The position numbers and the translations under genes were made by a program. From Bacteroidota bacterium (GTDB lineage: Bacteria; Bacteroidota; Bacteroidia; Flavobacteriales_D; Crocinitomicaceae): DNA of 27,740 nucleotides. The DNA lies in the NCBI GenBank assembly GCA_024280195.1, contig JAJRQP010000309.1, forward strand, positions 1 through 27,740, read 5' to 3'. Below are positions 1 through 8,912 of this stretch, in pieces (within the stretch, counting starts at the first letter, position 1; every line of letters begins with the position of its first letter). Under the pieces are notes generated by a model, which was not told where the DNA came from, did not search any database, and saw nothing but the letters and a program-made list of their open reading frames with translations.

Positions 1-2
1 TA

Positions 3-1811
3 ACACCAACTCCGATCCAAGAAAAAGCTATTCCCCACTTATTACAAGAGGAAAGCGATTTTGTTGGACTAGCTCAAACAGGGACAGGTAAAACCGCAGC
101 GTTTGGTTTACCATTAGTAAGCAAAGTAGATGACAAATCTAGAACTCCGCAAGGATTGATTATTTGTCCAACTAGAGAACTTTGCATTCAAATCACAAAA
201 GATTTACAGAATTATTCGAAAAATTTGAAGATCAATGTAGTATCCGTTTATGGAGGTACTGACATTAGACGTCAAATTTCAGATATTAAAAGAGGTGCGC
301 AAATTATTGTTGCAACTCCTGGACGTTTGGTTGATTTGACAAAAAGAAAAGCCGTTGATTTACAAGATATCAATTGGGTCGTATTGGATGAAGCAGATGA
401 AATGCTGAACATGGGATTCAAAGAAGATATCGATTTTGTCTTGGATAAAACTCCAGAATGGAGAAATGTATGGTTATTCTCTGCAACAATGCCCAAAGAA
501 GTGGCGGCAATTGCAAAGAATTATATGCAAGACCCTTTAGAGGTTTCTATCGGACATAAAAATCAGACCAATGAAAACATCGAGCACATCTACTTTGTTG
601 TAAAAGAAAGAGATAGATATGCTGCTTTAAAAAGGTTAATTGATTTTAATCCAAATATTTACGGATTGGTATTCTGTAGAACTCGTAGAGAGACTGCAGC
701 CGTTGCTGAGAAGTTAGGAAAAGAAGGATATAGCGCAGAACCGTTGCACGGAGATTTATCTCAAGCACAACGTGATGCAGTAATGGGTAAATTCAGAAGA
801 AAAACATTACAGATTTTAGTAGCAACAGATGTTGCAGCCCGTGGAATTGATGTAGATAATATTACACACGTAATCAACTACAATCTTCCTGATGAAATCG
901 AGAATTATACGCACCGTTCAGGACGTACTGCTCGTGCTGGTAATAAAGGGGAATCTTTAGTGCTTATTAACACAGGAGAAGGATACAAAATCAACCAAAT
1001 CGAAAAGAAAATCCGTACAACTTTTGCAAAAGGAACGATTCCTAATTCAAAAGAAATTTGCGAAATTCAATTGATGAAATTGGTAGATAAGGTAATTACA
1101 ACAGAAGTGATGGAAGAGAATATCGCTGAGTTCATGCCTATAGTAATGAGTGAATTTGAAGCATTATCTAAAGAGGATATTGTTAAGAAATTTGTTTCTG
1201 CAGAATTTAACAGATTTATCGAGTACTATGAACGTGCTGGAGATTTAAACGCAAAAGCAGGAGATAGAGAAGATAGAGGCGGACGCGATAGAGATCGTGG
1301 TAGAGGAAGAGACAGAGATCGAGGTGGACGCGATCGAGGTGGACGTGATAGAGATCGCGGCAGCAGAGGAAGAAGAGATGATGAAAACAAGACAAGATTC
1401 TTCGTTAACATCGGAAAACGTGACGGATTAAATCCTGGTGGTTTATTGCGCGTTGTTTGTGATTCTACGAACTTAAAATCTGATAAAATTGGTCGTATCG
1501 ATATACTTGATTCATTTTCATTCTTTGATGCTGATAAAGATTTAGCTGATAAAATAGTTAGTGAAGTGTCTGGAGCTGATTATGAAGGGCACAGAGTGAA
1601 AGTTGAAGTTACCAAGAAGAGTGAAGGTGGCCGAAGTGGTGGTGGAGATCGAAGATCTGGATCTGATGGCGGAGGTCGTAGAAGTTTCAGTAGTGATAGA
1701 CGAAGTGGTGATAGAGACAGACGAAGTGGAGGCGGTGATCGCAGAAGCGGAGGAAGAGACAATGATAGAAGAGATCGTAGCGATAGAGGTGATAGAAGAC
1801 GTAGAGATTAA
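3..1811 (+). CDS. deaD: DEAD-box RNA helicase with DbpA-type RNA-binding domain (DeaD/CsdA-like), 5'-truncated by the window edge
   Basis: The frame is open from nt 3 (TPTPIQEKAIP Q-motif, AQTGTGKT Walker A), upstream of the tracked 156 start. It has PTREL, TPGRL, LDEADEML, SAT, TDVAARGID and HRSGRTAR, then a DbpA-like RFFVNIGKRDGL domain and R/G/D-rich tails. Confidence 0.93.
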   Translation, partial: TPTPIQEKAIPHLLQEESDFVGLAQTGTGKTAAFGLPLVSKVDDKSRTPQGLIICPTRELCIQITKDLQNYSKNLKINVVSVYGGTDIRRQISDIKRGAQIIVATPGRLVDLTKRKAVDLQDINWVVLDEADEMLNMGFKEDIDFVLDKTPEWRNVWLFSATMPKEVAAIAKNYMQDPLEVSIGHKNQTNENIEHIYFVVKERDRYAALKRLIDFNPNIYGLVFCRTRRETAAVAEKLGKEGYSAEPLHGDLSQAQRDAVMGKFRRKTLQILVATDVAARGIDVDNITHVINYNLPDEIENYTHRSGRTARAGNKGESLVLINTGEGYKINQIEKKIRTTFAKGTIPNSKEICEIQLMKLVDKVITTEVMEENIAEFMPIVMSEFEALSKEDIVKKFVSAEFNRFIEYYERAGDLNAKAGDREDRGGRDRDRGRGRDRDRGGRDRGGRDRDRGSRGRRDDENKTRFFVNIGKRDGLNPGGLLRVVCDSTNLKSDKIGRIDILDSFSFFDADKDLADKIVSEVSGADYEGHRVKVEVTKKSEGGRSGGGDRRSGSDGGGRRSFSSDRRSGDRDRRSGGGDRRSGGRDNDRRDRSDRGDRRRRD

Positions 1812-1834
1812 ATGATAAGAATAGAAGAAGTTAA

Positions 1835-1886
1835 AAGAAGTAAAGAAGTTAAGGAGCAAGTACTCTCCTTAACTTCTCAACTTCTT
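1835..1886. repeat. Long purine/pyrimidine inverted repeat (hairpin) between the helicase and typA
   Basis: AGAAGTTAAGGAG (1844-1856) is the exact reverse complement of CTCCTTAACTTCT (1865-1877). After 2 mismatches, AAGAAGT (1835-1841) pairs with ACTTCTT (1880-1886). That gives 20/22 paired bases and an 8-nt loop. Confidence 0.9.
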
Positions 1887-1914
1887 CCTTCTTAACTCCT
1901 TAATAATAAAAAAA

Positions 1915-3711
1915 ATGGAAATTAGAAATATTGCAATTATCGCCCATGTCGATCACGGGAAAACGACATTAGTAGATAAAATGATTGAAGCCGGAGGTGG
2001 AACTGATGAAAGATCTAAGCCTAAAGGTGAATTGATAATGGATAGTAACGATCTAGAAAAGGAACGTGGAATCACGATTACTTCTAAAAACGTTTCTGTA
2101 ACTTATAAAGGAACAAAAATTAACATCATTGACACACCTGGTCACGCCGATTTTGGTGGAGAAGTAGAACGTGTCTTAAACATGGCAGACGGTGTTTGTT
2201 TATTGGTTGATGCTTTTGAAGGTCCAATGCCGCAAACAAGATTCGTTCTTGGGAAAGCTTTGGCAATGGGGTTAAAACCATTGGTTGTTATCAATAAAGT
2301 TGATAAAGACAATTGTACTCCTGATGAAGTACATGAAAAGGTATTTGATTTAATGTTTGAACTAGATGCAAGTGAGGAGCAATTGGAATTCCCAACGGCT
2401 TATGGTTCTGCAAAAAATGGTTGGATGTCATTGGACTGGAAAGAACCAACAGATTCTATCATTCCATTGTTAGATTTAATTTTGGATTACTACCCACCAA
2501 TTACAATTCCAGAAGGGAATACGCAAATGCTGATTACTTCTTTGGATTTTTCTTCTTTCGTTGGTCGTATCGCAATCGGTCGTTTAACAAGAGGTGTTTT
2601 GAAACCAAATATGCCAATCATTCTTGCTAAAGCAGACGGTACTAAGCAAAAACACAAAATCAAAGAGGTATTTACTTTTGAAGGAACAGACCGTGTGAAA
2701 ACAGATTCTGTCCAAGGTGGAGATATTTGCGCAATTACAGGTATTGAAGGTTTTGAAATTGGTGATACTATTTGTGATGTAGAAAATCCTGAACCATTAG
2801 AAAGTATTGCGATTGATGAACCAACAATGAGTATGATGTTCTCAATTAATGATTCTCCATTCTTCGGGAAAGAAGGGAAATTAGTTACTTCGAGACATAT
2901 TTCTGAACGTTTAGATAAAGAATTAGAGAAGAATCTTGCAATGCGTGTTCAAAAAACGGACAAAGCTGATAAATGGCTAGTTTTCGGACGTGGTGTCATG
3001 CACTTATCTGTCTTAATTGAAACAATGCGTCGTGAAGGTTACGAATTACAAGTGGGTCAACCTCAAGTTTTGATAAAAGAAATTGATGGTAAGAAATGTG
3101 AACCTATTGAAGAATTAACAATCGATTTACCAGAAGTGAATAGTGGAACGGCTGTAGAAGCGGTTACAAAACGTAAAGGTGAAATGTTGAACATGGTTCC
3201 TAAAGGTGAACGAATGACAATTACTTTCCAGATTCCTTCTCGTGGTATCATCGGTTTGAGAAATTACTTATTGACTGCAACTGCAGGTGAGGCAATTATG
3301 TCGCATAGATTCTTAGAATACCAACCTTACAAAGGTGAAATTACAGGTCGTTTAAATGGATCTTTGATTTCTATGGAATTAGGAACGTCAATTCCTTTCT
3401 CATTGAATAACCTGCAAGAAAGAGGAACATTCTTTATTGCTCCAGGTGAGAAGATTTATGAAGGACAAGTAATTGGAGAAAACAGTCGTGCAAATGACTT
3501 AGTTGTAAACGTTACTAAAACGAAGCAATTAACAAACATGCGTAAGTCTGGTACTGATGCTAAGGTGAGAATTGTTCCACCAAGAGTATTTAGCTTGGAA
3601 GAATGTTTAGAATACATTCAAGCGGATGAATACGTAGAGGTGACTCCAGAAAGCTTAAGAATGCGTAAGATCTTGTTAAAAGAAAACGAGCGTAAGAGAT
3701 CTGGGAAGTAA
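1915..3711 (+). CDS. typA: Translational GTPase TypA/BipA
   Basis: MEIRNIAIIAHVDHGKTTLVD, DTPGHADFGGEVER and NKVD G-motifs; BipA C-terminus (EYVEVTPESLRMRK); 598 aa. Confidence 0.98.
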   Translation: MEIRNIAIIAHVDHGKTTLVDKMIEAGGGTDERSKPKGELIMDSNDLEKERGITITSKNVSVTYKGTKINIIDTPGHADFGGEVERVLNMADGVCLLVDAFEGPMPQTRFVLGKALAMGLKPLVVINKVDKDNCTPDEVHEKVFDLMFELDASEEQLEFPTAYGSAKNGWMSLDWKEPTDSIIPLLDLILDYYPPITIPEGNTQMLITSLDFSSFVGRIAIGRLTRGVLKPNMPIILAKADGTKQKHKIKEVFTFEGTDRVKTDSVQGGDICAITGIEGFEIGDTICDVENPEPLESIAIDEPTMSMMFSINDSPFFGKEGKLVTSRHISERLDKELEKNLAMRVQKTDKADKWLVFGRGVMHLSVLIETMRREGYELQVGQPQVLIKEIDGKKCEPIEELTIDLPEVNSGTAVEAVTKRKGEMLNMVPKGERMTITFQIPSRGIIGLRNYLLTATAGEAIMSHRFLEYQPYKGEITGRLNGSLISMELGTSIPFSLNNLQERGTFFIAPGEKIYEGQVIGENSRANDLVVNVTKTKQLTNMRKSGTDAKVRIVPPRVFSLEECLEYIQADEYVEVTPESLRMRKILLKENERKRSGK

Positions 3712-3731
3712 TCCAGCAAACTTTAAAGCAT

Positions 3732-3770
3732 AAAAAAAAACCTGTGAAGATTATCTTCACAGGTTTTTTT
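3732..3770. terminator. Bidirectional intrinsic terminator between convergent typA and the T9SS gene
   Basis: A9-CCTGTGAAGA-tta-TCTTCACAGG-T7: a perfect 10-bp stem with an A-tract on one side and a T-tract on the other. Confidence 0.92.
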
Positions 3771-3786
3771 AGTTTTATTACGTTAA

Positions 3787-4812
3787 CTATTTCTTTACAA
3801 TCGTTTTTGTAGTTGTTTTATCATTGTCAGTGATTCTTAAAAAGTAAACGCCATTCTCATAAGAACTAACATCAACAGTTGTGTTATTACTTACATTAAA
3901 TGATGATAAAACACGTCCGCTTTGATCGATAACCTGACCAGTTGCATCAGAAAATTCTCCGCGAATTGTCACAAGATCAGTTGAAGGATTTGGATAAACA
4001 CTAAAATCGATGCTGTTATTCTCTTCTATTGCTAAATATCCAGATGGTGCATAAGAAGATAGTACAAGAGAAAATTCATTAATTGGCTCAGCGCCTCCAA
4101 CAACTTGAATCGTCAATTTAGAAATGGTGAAAATCGGTAAGTTACTTGTGCTTATATAGTATTCAAACTGATTACGAATAATTTCTAAATCGCCTAAAAA
4201 AGTTCCAGTAACAACCGATGTGTCAATTATATGATATCTCAATACATTTGGTACTGTAATAGCTCCTGGAAACAACATTGTTCCTTGTCCGTCAATAGTT
4301 GAGTAAACATTTCCTGTCATTGGAGAAGTAGTAGGTGTTCCTAAAACGTAACTTACTGTTCCAGCAAAATTATCTGTAGAAACTGATCCGAATGAAAATG
4401 GATAAGTCAGCAATATTTCATTATCCGTACTGAATTTAGCAACAACATCTCCTAAAGATGGTTCATTGAATACAAAACCTTGAGAGGTTCTTTCTGTTGC
4501 AGTAGATGTTATGTATGAGTTCATCGAGCTTTCCACTTTAATTGCTTTAACTGAAGAAGGAAAGTCAGCTGCGTTAGCTGCTGTTGTAGCATCCAATGCT
4601 TCTACTAATCTAGTTTGGTTAGGGATTCCTAATAATGTTGAATAATCCCAAGTAACTCCTGTTCCAGAGATTCCTGCATAGTCAATGGTGAATGAGTCGC
4701 ATAAAAACATGCTCAAATTATCTCCAATAACTGGTTCGTTTGCTTGTGTTAAACTTTGCGTGTTTCCTAAGAAAGAAAAAGCCAAAGTTGCTAAAAGTAA
4801 TGTTCTTTTCAT
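3787..4812 (-). CDS. Secreted protein with T9SS type A C-terminal sorting domain, function unknown
   Basis: Signal peptide MKRTLLLATLAFSFLGNTQS; C-terminus VYPNPST...GVYFLRI...KTIVKK. I moved the start from TTG 4830 to ATG 4812 because it has an AAATTAAA context and the promoter box overlaps 4830. Confidence 0.85.
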   Translation of the reverse strand: MKRTLLLATLAFSFLGNTQSLTQANEPVIGDNLSMFLCDSFTIDYAGISGTGVTWDYSTLLGIPNQTRLVEALDATTAANAADFPSSVKAIKVESSMNSYITSTATERTSQGFVFNEPSLGDVVAKFSTDNEILLTYPFSFGSVSTDNFAGTVSYVLGTPTTSPMTGNVYSTIDGQGTMLFPGAITVPNVLRYHIIDTSVVTGTFLGDLEIIRNQFEYYISTSNLPIFTISKLTIQVVGGAEPINEFSLVLSSYAPSGYLAIEENNSIDFSVYPNPSTDLVTIRGEFSDATGQVIDQSGRVLSSFNVSNNTTVDVSSYENGVYFLRITDNDKTTTKTIVKK

Positions 4813-4827
4813 TTTAATTTGTTTTGT

Positions 4828-4859
4828 CAAACTTACTCATTTCAACTGATTTAGTCAAA
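4828..4859 (-). promoter_or_regulatory. Bacteroidota primary-sigma promoter for the T9SS gene
   Basis: Minus strand reads TTTG (4856-4859), 20 nt, then TAAGTTTG (4828-4835), matching the -33 TTTG / -7 TAnnTTTG consensus and spacing. Confidence 0.8.
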
Positions 4860-4894
4860 AGAATAAGTTTTAGTGTTATTTAACGTCAAACGAT

Positions 4895-4902
4895 TATCTT
4901 TG
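4895..4902 (+). promoter_or_regulatory. -7 promoter element for MMPL-nhaC
   Basis: TATCTTTG 29 nt upstream of ATG 4932; no clean -33 box. Confidence 0.6.
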
Positions 4903-4931
4903 ACACTTATCTAAACGAAGCGAATCACAAA

Positions 4932-7241
4932 ATGGTTGGAGAACAGAAATTTAAAAAAAGTATTTGGATAGTTTTAGCAGTATTGATAAGCATTACTGCC
5001 TTTCTTGGTTACGAGATGACGAAGATTAAGTTTGACTATGATTTCGAAAAATTCTTCCCTGTAAACGATGATGAAACTGATTTTTTCTTTGCGCACAGAG
5101 AAATGTTTACATCTGATAATGATTTTCTTTTAATCGCAGTAGAGAATTCTAAAGGTGTTTTTGAAGCTGATTTTTTGAAAAAAGTCGATCGTTTCACAAA
5201 AAAAATAGAAGGAGTAGATGATGTTAAATTTGTGACTTCAATCACCAATATGGAAGAACGATTCATCTTTGCCGGTGGTTCCTCTTCTTCAAAACCGTAC
5301 ATTGATTTTAGCGACCTTGATGCTAAACGAGATTCTACCAGAATTTTTAAGAACGTAGAATTAATAAATACACTAGTTGCCAATGATGCAAAGTCTATTT
5401 GTTTATTCATTCGGCACACAGATTACATTTCTAAAAAGAAAAGCGACGATTTAATCAATAACATTGATGCAGTCATCCAAGATTTTGATTTTGAAAGAAC
5501 AAGAGTTGCTGGTAGAACTATTGGACAGCAATATTACATCGAAAAAATGACTTTTGAAATGGCACTTTTCATCGGTTTGAGTGCTTTCTTAATCGTGTTC
5601 TTTCTCTTTGTTGCATTTCGTTCTGTTTGGGGAGTATTAATTCCTCAAATCATCATTTTTGCATCAATGATATGGGTCGTTGGTGGAATGGGAGTCTTTG
5701 AAGAGCCTATGAATATTGTTCTTTCGACATTGCCATCCATTATGTTTGTTGTTTCGATGTCGGATGTTATTCATTTGGTATCGAGATATTTAGACGCGCT
5801 CCGTGAAGAAGATAAAGTGTATGACGCAATTATGGTTGCAGTTCGAGAGGTTGGATTAGCAACATTCCTTACGTCGGTTACTACAGCCATTGGATTCTTC
5901 TCGCTTTCTTTTGTCAACGTGCAACCGATACAAGCATTCGGAATCGTTATGGGTTTTGGAGTTTTAATTGCATTTGTGCTTACCTTCGTTACGCTACCTA
6001 TTCTTTTTTACATTTTCCCAGGACCAAAATACGTGCGAGAGACTAAAAAAAATCACTTTTGGAAAAAGTATTTAATGCGTGGTTTTTCTTTAGTATTGAG
6101 AAGAAGAAAAAGAATCATTGTGATTTCTGTCCTAGTGATGATTGTCAGTATTTTTGGATTGATGCAATTGAAGAGCAATAATTTCTTAATGGATGATTTA
6201 AAGGCTAACGAACCATTAAAGGTTGATTTCAATTACCTCGATGAGCATTATGGAGGAATCCGTCCTTTTGAACTGGCAGTGATAATTAATGATGATGACA
6301 AAACTGTTTGGGACAAAGATATATTGCAAACAATTGATTCTGTGGAAACCTATTTACAAGACGTGTACGGAGTGACCATTAAAAACTCTTTGGTGAGAAT
6401 GCTTAAAATAATGAATCGTTCTTCGCACGCAGGGTTGAAAGAATATTATAAGTTGCCGACCAAAAAACGCAAGTTAAAACAACATCGAAGAGGGTTAAGA
6501 CTCATTCAGAAAGGAGAATTCATTAAAACATTTGTCGATTCTACAGAGAAAAGAACACGGATCAACGGAACAATTCCTGATTTAGGAAATTCAGTTGTTA
6601 TTGCAAAGAATGAGAAATTGGAAGAATATTTGAAATCTAAAAATCTGGAAGGAAAAATACATTTCCAAGTTACGGGAACAGCTCACTTAATTGATAAGAA
6701 CCTAAAATATATGTCATTCAGCTTAGTGAAAGGATTGGCGGTTTCTGTTCTAATTGTTGCTTTGATTATTGGATTTATTTATCGCTCCGCAACCATTCTG
6801 GTGATTAGTATCATAACCAATTTAATTCCTTTAATTTTCATCGCTGGAGTTATGGGGTACTTAGGAATCGATTTAAAAACAAGCACCTCTATCATTTTTA
6901 CAATCGCCTTCGGTATTGCCGTCGATGACACCATTCACTTCCTCGGTAAATTCAAATACGAGCTAATGAAAGGGAAAAGTAAAATATACGCATTAAAGAG
7001 AACTTATTTAACAACAGGGAAAGCAATGATTTTGACAACCTTAATTCTCTGTGCTGGATTCTTACTTTTGGTATTCTCTAGCTTTTTAGGAACCTTCAAT
7101 ATGGGATTATTACTTTGCATTACATTGTTTGTGGCATTAATTGCTGATATTACAGTTCTTCCCGTATTACTTCTTTTATTGTATAAACCTTTACGGGATG
7201 AAGTTGAACCGAATACTAATATTACAAAGAATTTAAAATGA
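4932..7241 (+). CDS. MMPL/RND-family membrane transporter
   Basis: 769 aa with two repeats of (1 TM, large periplasmic loop, about 5 TM); GIAVDDTIH motif in the second half and SMSDVIH in the first. Confidence 0.88.
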   Translation: MVGEQKFKKSIWIVLAVLISITAFLGYEMTKIKFDYDFEKFFPVNDDETDFFFAHREMFTSDNDFLLIAVENSKGVFEADFLKKVDRFTKKIEGVDDVKFVTSITNMEERFIFAGGSSSSKPYIDFSDLDAKRDSTRIFKNVELINTLVANDAKSICLFIRHTDYISKKKSDDLINNIDAVIQDFDFERTRVAGRTIGQQYYIEKMTFEMALFIGLSAFLIVFFLFVAFRSVWGVLIPQIIIFASMIWVVGGMGVFEEPMNIVLSTLPSIMFVVSMSDVIHLVSRYLDALREEDKVYDAIMVAVREVGLATFLTSVTTAIGFFSLSFVNVQPIQAFGIVMGFGVLIAFVLTFVTLPILFYIFPGPKYVRETKKNHFWKKYLMRGFSLVLRRRKRIIVISVLVMIVSIFGLMQLKSNNFLMDDLKANEPLKVDFNYLDEHYGGIRPFELAVIINDDDKTVWDKDILQTIDSVETYLQDVYGVTIKNSLVRMLKIMNRSSHAGLKEYYKLPTKKRKLKQHRRGLRLIQKGEFIKTFVDSTEKRTRINGTIPDLGNSVVIAKNEKLEEYLKSKNLEGKIHFQVTGTAHLIDKNLKYMSFSLVKGLAVSVLIVALIIGFIYRSATILVISIITNLIPLIFIAGVMGYLGIDLKTSTSIIFTIAFGIAVDDTIHFLGKFKYELMKGKSKIYALKRTYLTTGKAMILTTLILCAGFLLLVFSSFLGTFNMGLLLCITLFVALIADITVLPVLLLLLYKPLRDEVEPNTNITKNLK

Positions 7242-8683
7242 CATCAAAAACGAAAAAGCCTTCCTTCTTTCTTGCCTTAATTCCGATTATTGTTCTAGTT
7301 GTATTTCTTGCCCTAAACGTGGTTATGTTTGGTGATAACGCCACCTCTGGTCCGAATCAAATTGCGCTAATTCTCGCAGCAATGTCTGGCGTAATTGTAG
7401 CCATGCGATTAGGTTTCAAGTGGGAGCAACTGCAAAAAGGGATTGTGGACAGTATCAATTCTGCGATGTCTGCCATTCTTATTCTTTTACTAATTGGTGC
7501 GCTTGCAGGTACTTGGATGATGTCTGGGATTGTACCCACAATGATCTACTACGGTTTAGAAATTCTCAATCCAACGATATTTTTAGTTGCAGCATGTATT
7601 GTAAGTGCGATTGTTGCCTTAGCGACAGGTTCTTCATGGACAACCGTTGCTACAGTCGGTGTTGCTTTAATAGGAATAGGAACAGCATTGGGAATAGGAC
7701 AAGGGATGGTTGCTGGAGCAATTATTTCGGGTGCTTATTTTGGAGATAAAATGTCACCCCTTTCTGATACAACGAACTTAGCACCAGCAATGGCAGGAAC
7801 AGATTTGATAACGCATATCCGCTACATGGCGTTAACTACCATTCCCTCAATATTGATAACACTAGTAATCTTTTTAATACTCGGCTTCACAATAGAAACT
7901 CATGAAACAAGTGAAGGAGTTGGAGCGATGCTAACAGCAATTGATGCTAAGTATTTCGTCTCTCCCATTCTTTTTATAGTCCCAGCTGTCGTAATTTATT
8001 TAATCATCAAGAAAGTAAGTGCAATCCCTGCTTTATTTATCGGTACTCTTTTAGGTGCAGTTGCAGCCATCGTTTTTCAGCCAGAAGTGGTGATGGAAAT
8101 TGGTGGAACACGCGATAATTATTTTGAAGCTGCCTACATGGCAAGTATGCGAGCAATGTCTATGGAGACAGAAGTTATAACAGGAAGTGCTGAAGTAAAT
8201 GAGTTGCTAGGGACTTCTGGGATGTATGGAATGATGATTACCATTTGGTTAATCATTTGCGCCATGTGCTTTGGTGGAGTAATGGAAGCTGCTGGTCTTT
8301 TAAAGAGAATCACCAACACAGTTATTCAATTTGCAAAATCCACAGGGTCTTTGATAGCAACAACTGCTGGAACTTGTGTGTTTTTCAATGCTACAGCTTC
8401 TGATCAATATTTAGCCATTGTTGTTCCTGGGAAAATGTTTGAGGATATCTACCCAGAAAGAGGTCTGGCTCCAGAGAACTTAAGTAGAACCCTAGAAGAT
8501 GCAGGTACGGTTACATCTGTTCTCTTTCCTTGGAATACGTGTGGAGCAACGCAAGCGCATGTTCTTTCTGTTGCAACCGGAGATTATTGGATGTATTGCT
8601 TCTTTAATTTAATCAGTCCTGCGATGACGATTGTTTATGCTTATGCCGGAATTAAGATTAAGAAGGTGGAGAAGAAGGGATAG
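7238..8683 (+). CDS. nhaC: Na+/H+ antiporter, NhaC family
   Basis: Polytopic 481-aa protein with ATGSSWTT, SGAYFGDKMSPLSDTTNLA and SRTLEDAGT..PWN; ATGA overlap with the MMPL stop. Confidence 0.88.
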   Translation: MTSKTKKPSFFLALIPIIVLVVFLALNVVMFGDNATSGPNQIALILAAMSGVIVAMRLGFKWEQLQKGIVDSINSAMSAILILLLIGALAGTWMMSGIVPTMIYYGLEILNPTIFLVAACIVSAIVALATGSSWTTVATVGVALIGIGTALGIGQGMVAGAIISGAYFGDKMSPLSDTTNLAPAMAGTDLITHIRYMALTTIPSILITLVIFLILGFTIETHETSEGVGAMLTAIDAKYFVSPILFIVPAVVIYLIIKKVSAIPALFIGTLLGAVAAIVFQPEVVMEIGGTRDNYFEAAYMASMRAMSMETEVITGSAEVNELLGTSGMYGMMITIWLIICAMCFGGVMEAAGLLKRITNTVIQFAKSTGSLIATTAGTCVFFNATASDQYLAIVVPGKMFEDIYPERGLAPENLSRTLEDAGTVTSVLFPWNTCGATQAHVLSVATGDYWMYCFFNLISPAMTIVYAYAGIKIKKVEKKG

Positions 8684-8734
8684 AAAATTATTTTTTCTTG
8701 TTTTTATACATGTATCAACTCTAAAACCGAACTT

Positions 8735-8803
8735 ATGCGTTTTCCAATACTAACTTTCATTCTCCTATTTTTTATTTCTTGTAGATTATATTCAATTCAC
8801 TAA
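8735..8803 (+). CDS. Putative 22-aa small protein or lipoprotein remnant (MRFPILTFILLFFISCRLYSIH)
   Basis: ATG...TAA read directly from the sequence. It has a basic N-terminus, a hydrophobic core and a lipobox-like FISC, and lies between the nhaC stop and the terminator. Too short for the ORF track. Confidence 0.35.
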   Translation: MRFPILTFILLFFISCRLYSIH

Positions 8804-8826
8804 AAGAGTAAAATTTTAACCCAAAG

Positions 8827-8860
8827 AAAGGCTGTCAAATATTTGATAGCCTTTTTTATT
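8827..8860 (+). terminator. Intrinsic terminator downstream of MMPL-nhaC
   Basis: AAAGGCTGTCAAA / TTTGATAGCCTTT stem (one G:U pair) followed by TTTATT. Confidence 0.8.
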
Positions 8861-8881
8861 CTTTAATTTTTATTTATTCCC

Positions 8882-8889
8882 TATCTTCG
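8882..8889 (+). promoter_or_regulatory. Probable -7 element for ffh
   Basis: TATCTTCG, one mismatch from TAnnTTTG, 23 nt before ATG 8913 and just after the upstream terminator. Confidence 0.5.
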
Positions 8890-8912
8890 CATTCTTATAA
8901 AACACAATACCT

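Noticed and set aside
1542-1859. Ser/Thr-rich, Pro/Leu-rich and Glu/Val-rich ORFs (1542-1859, 1580-1762, 1603-1815, and 1226-1411)
   Set aside because: Alternative-frame and antisense shadows of the helicase low-complexity tails.
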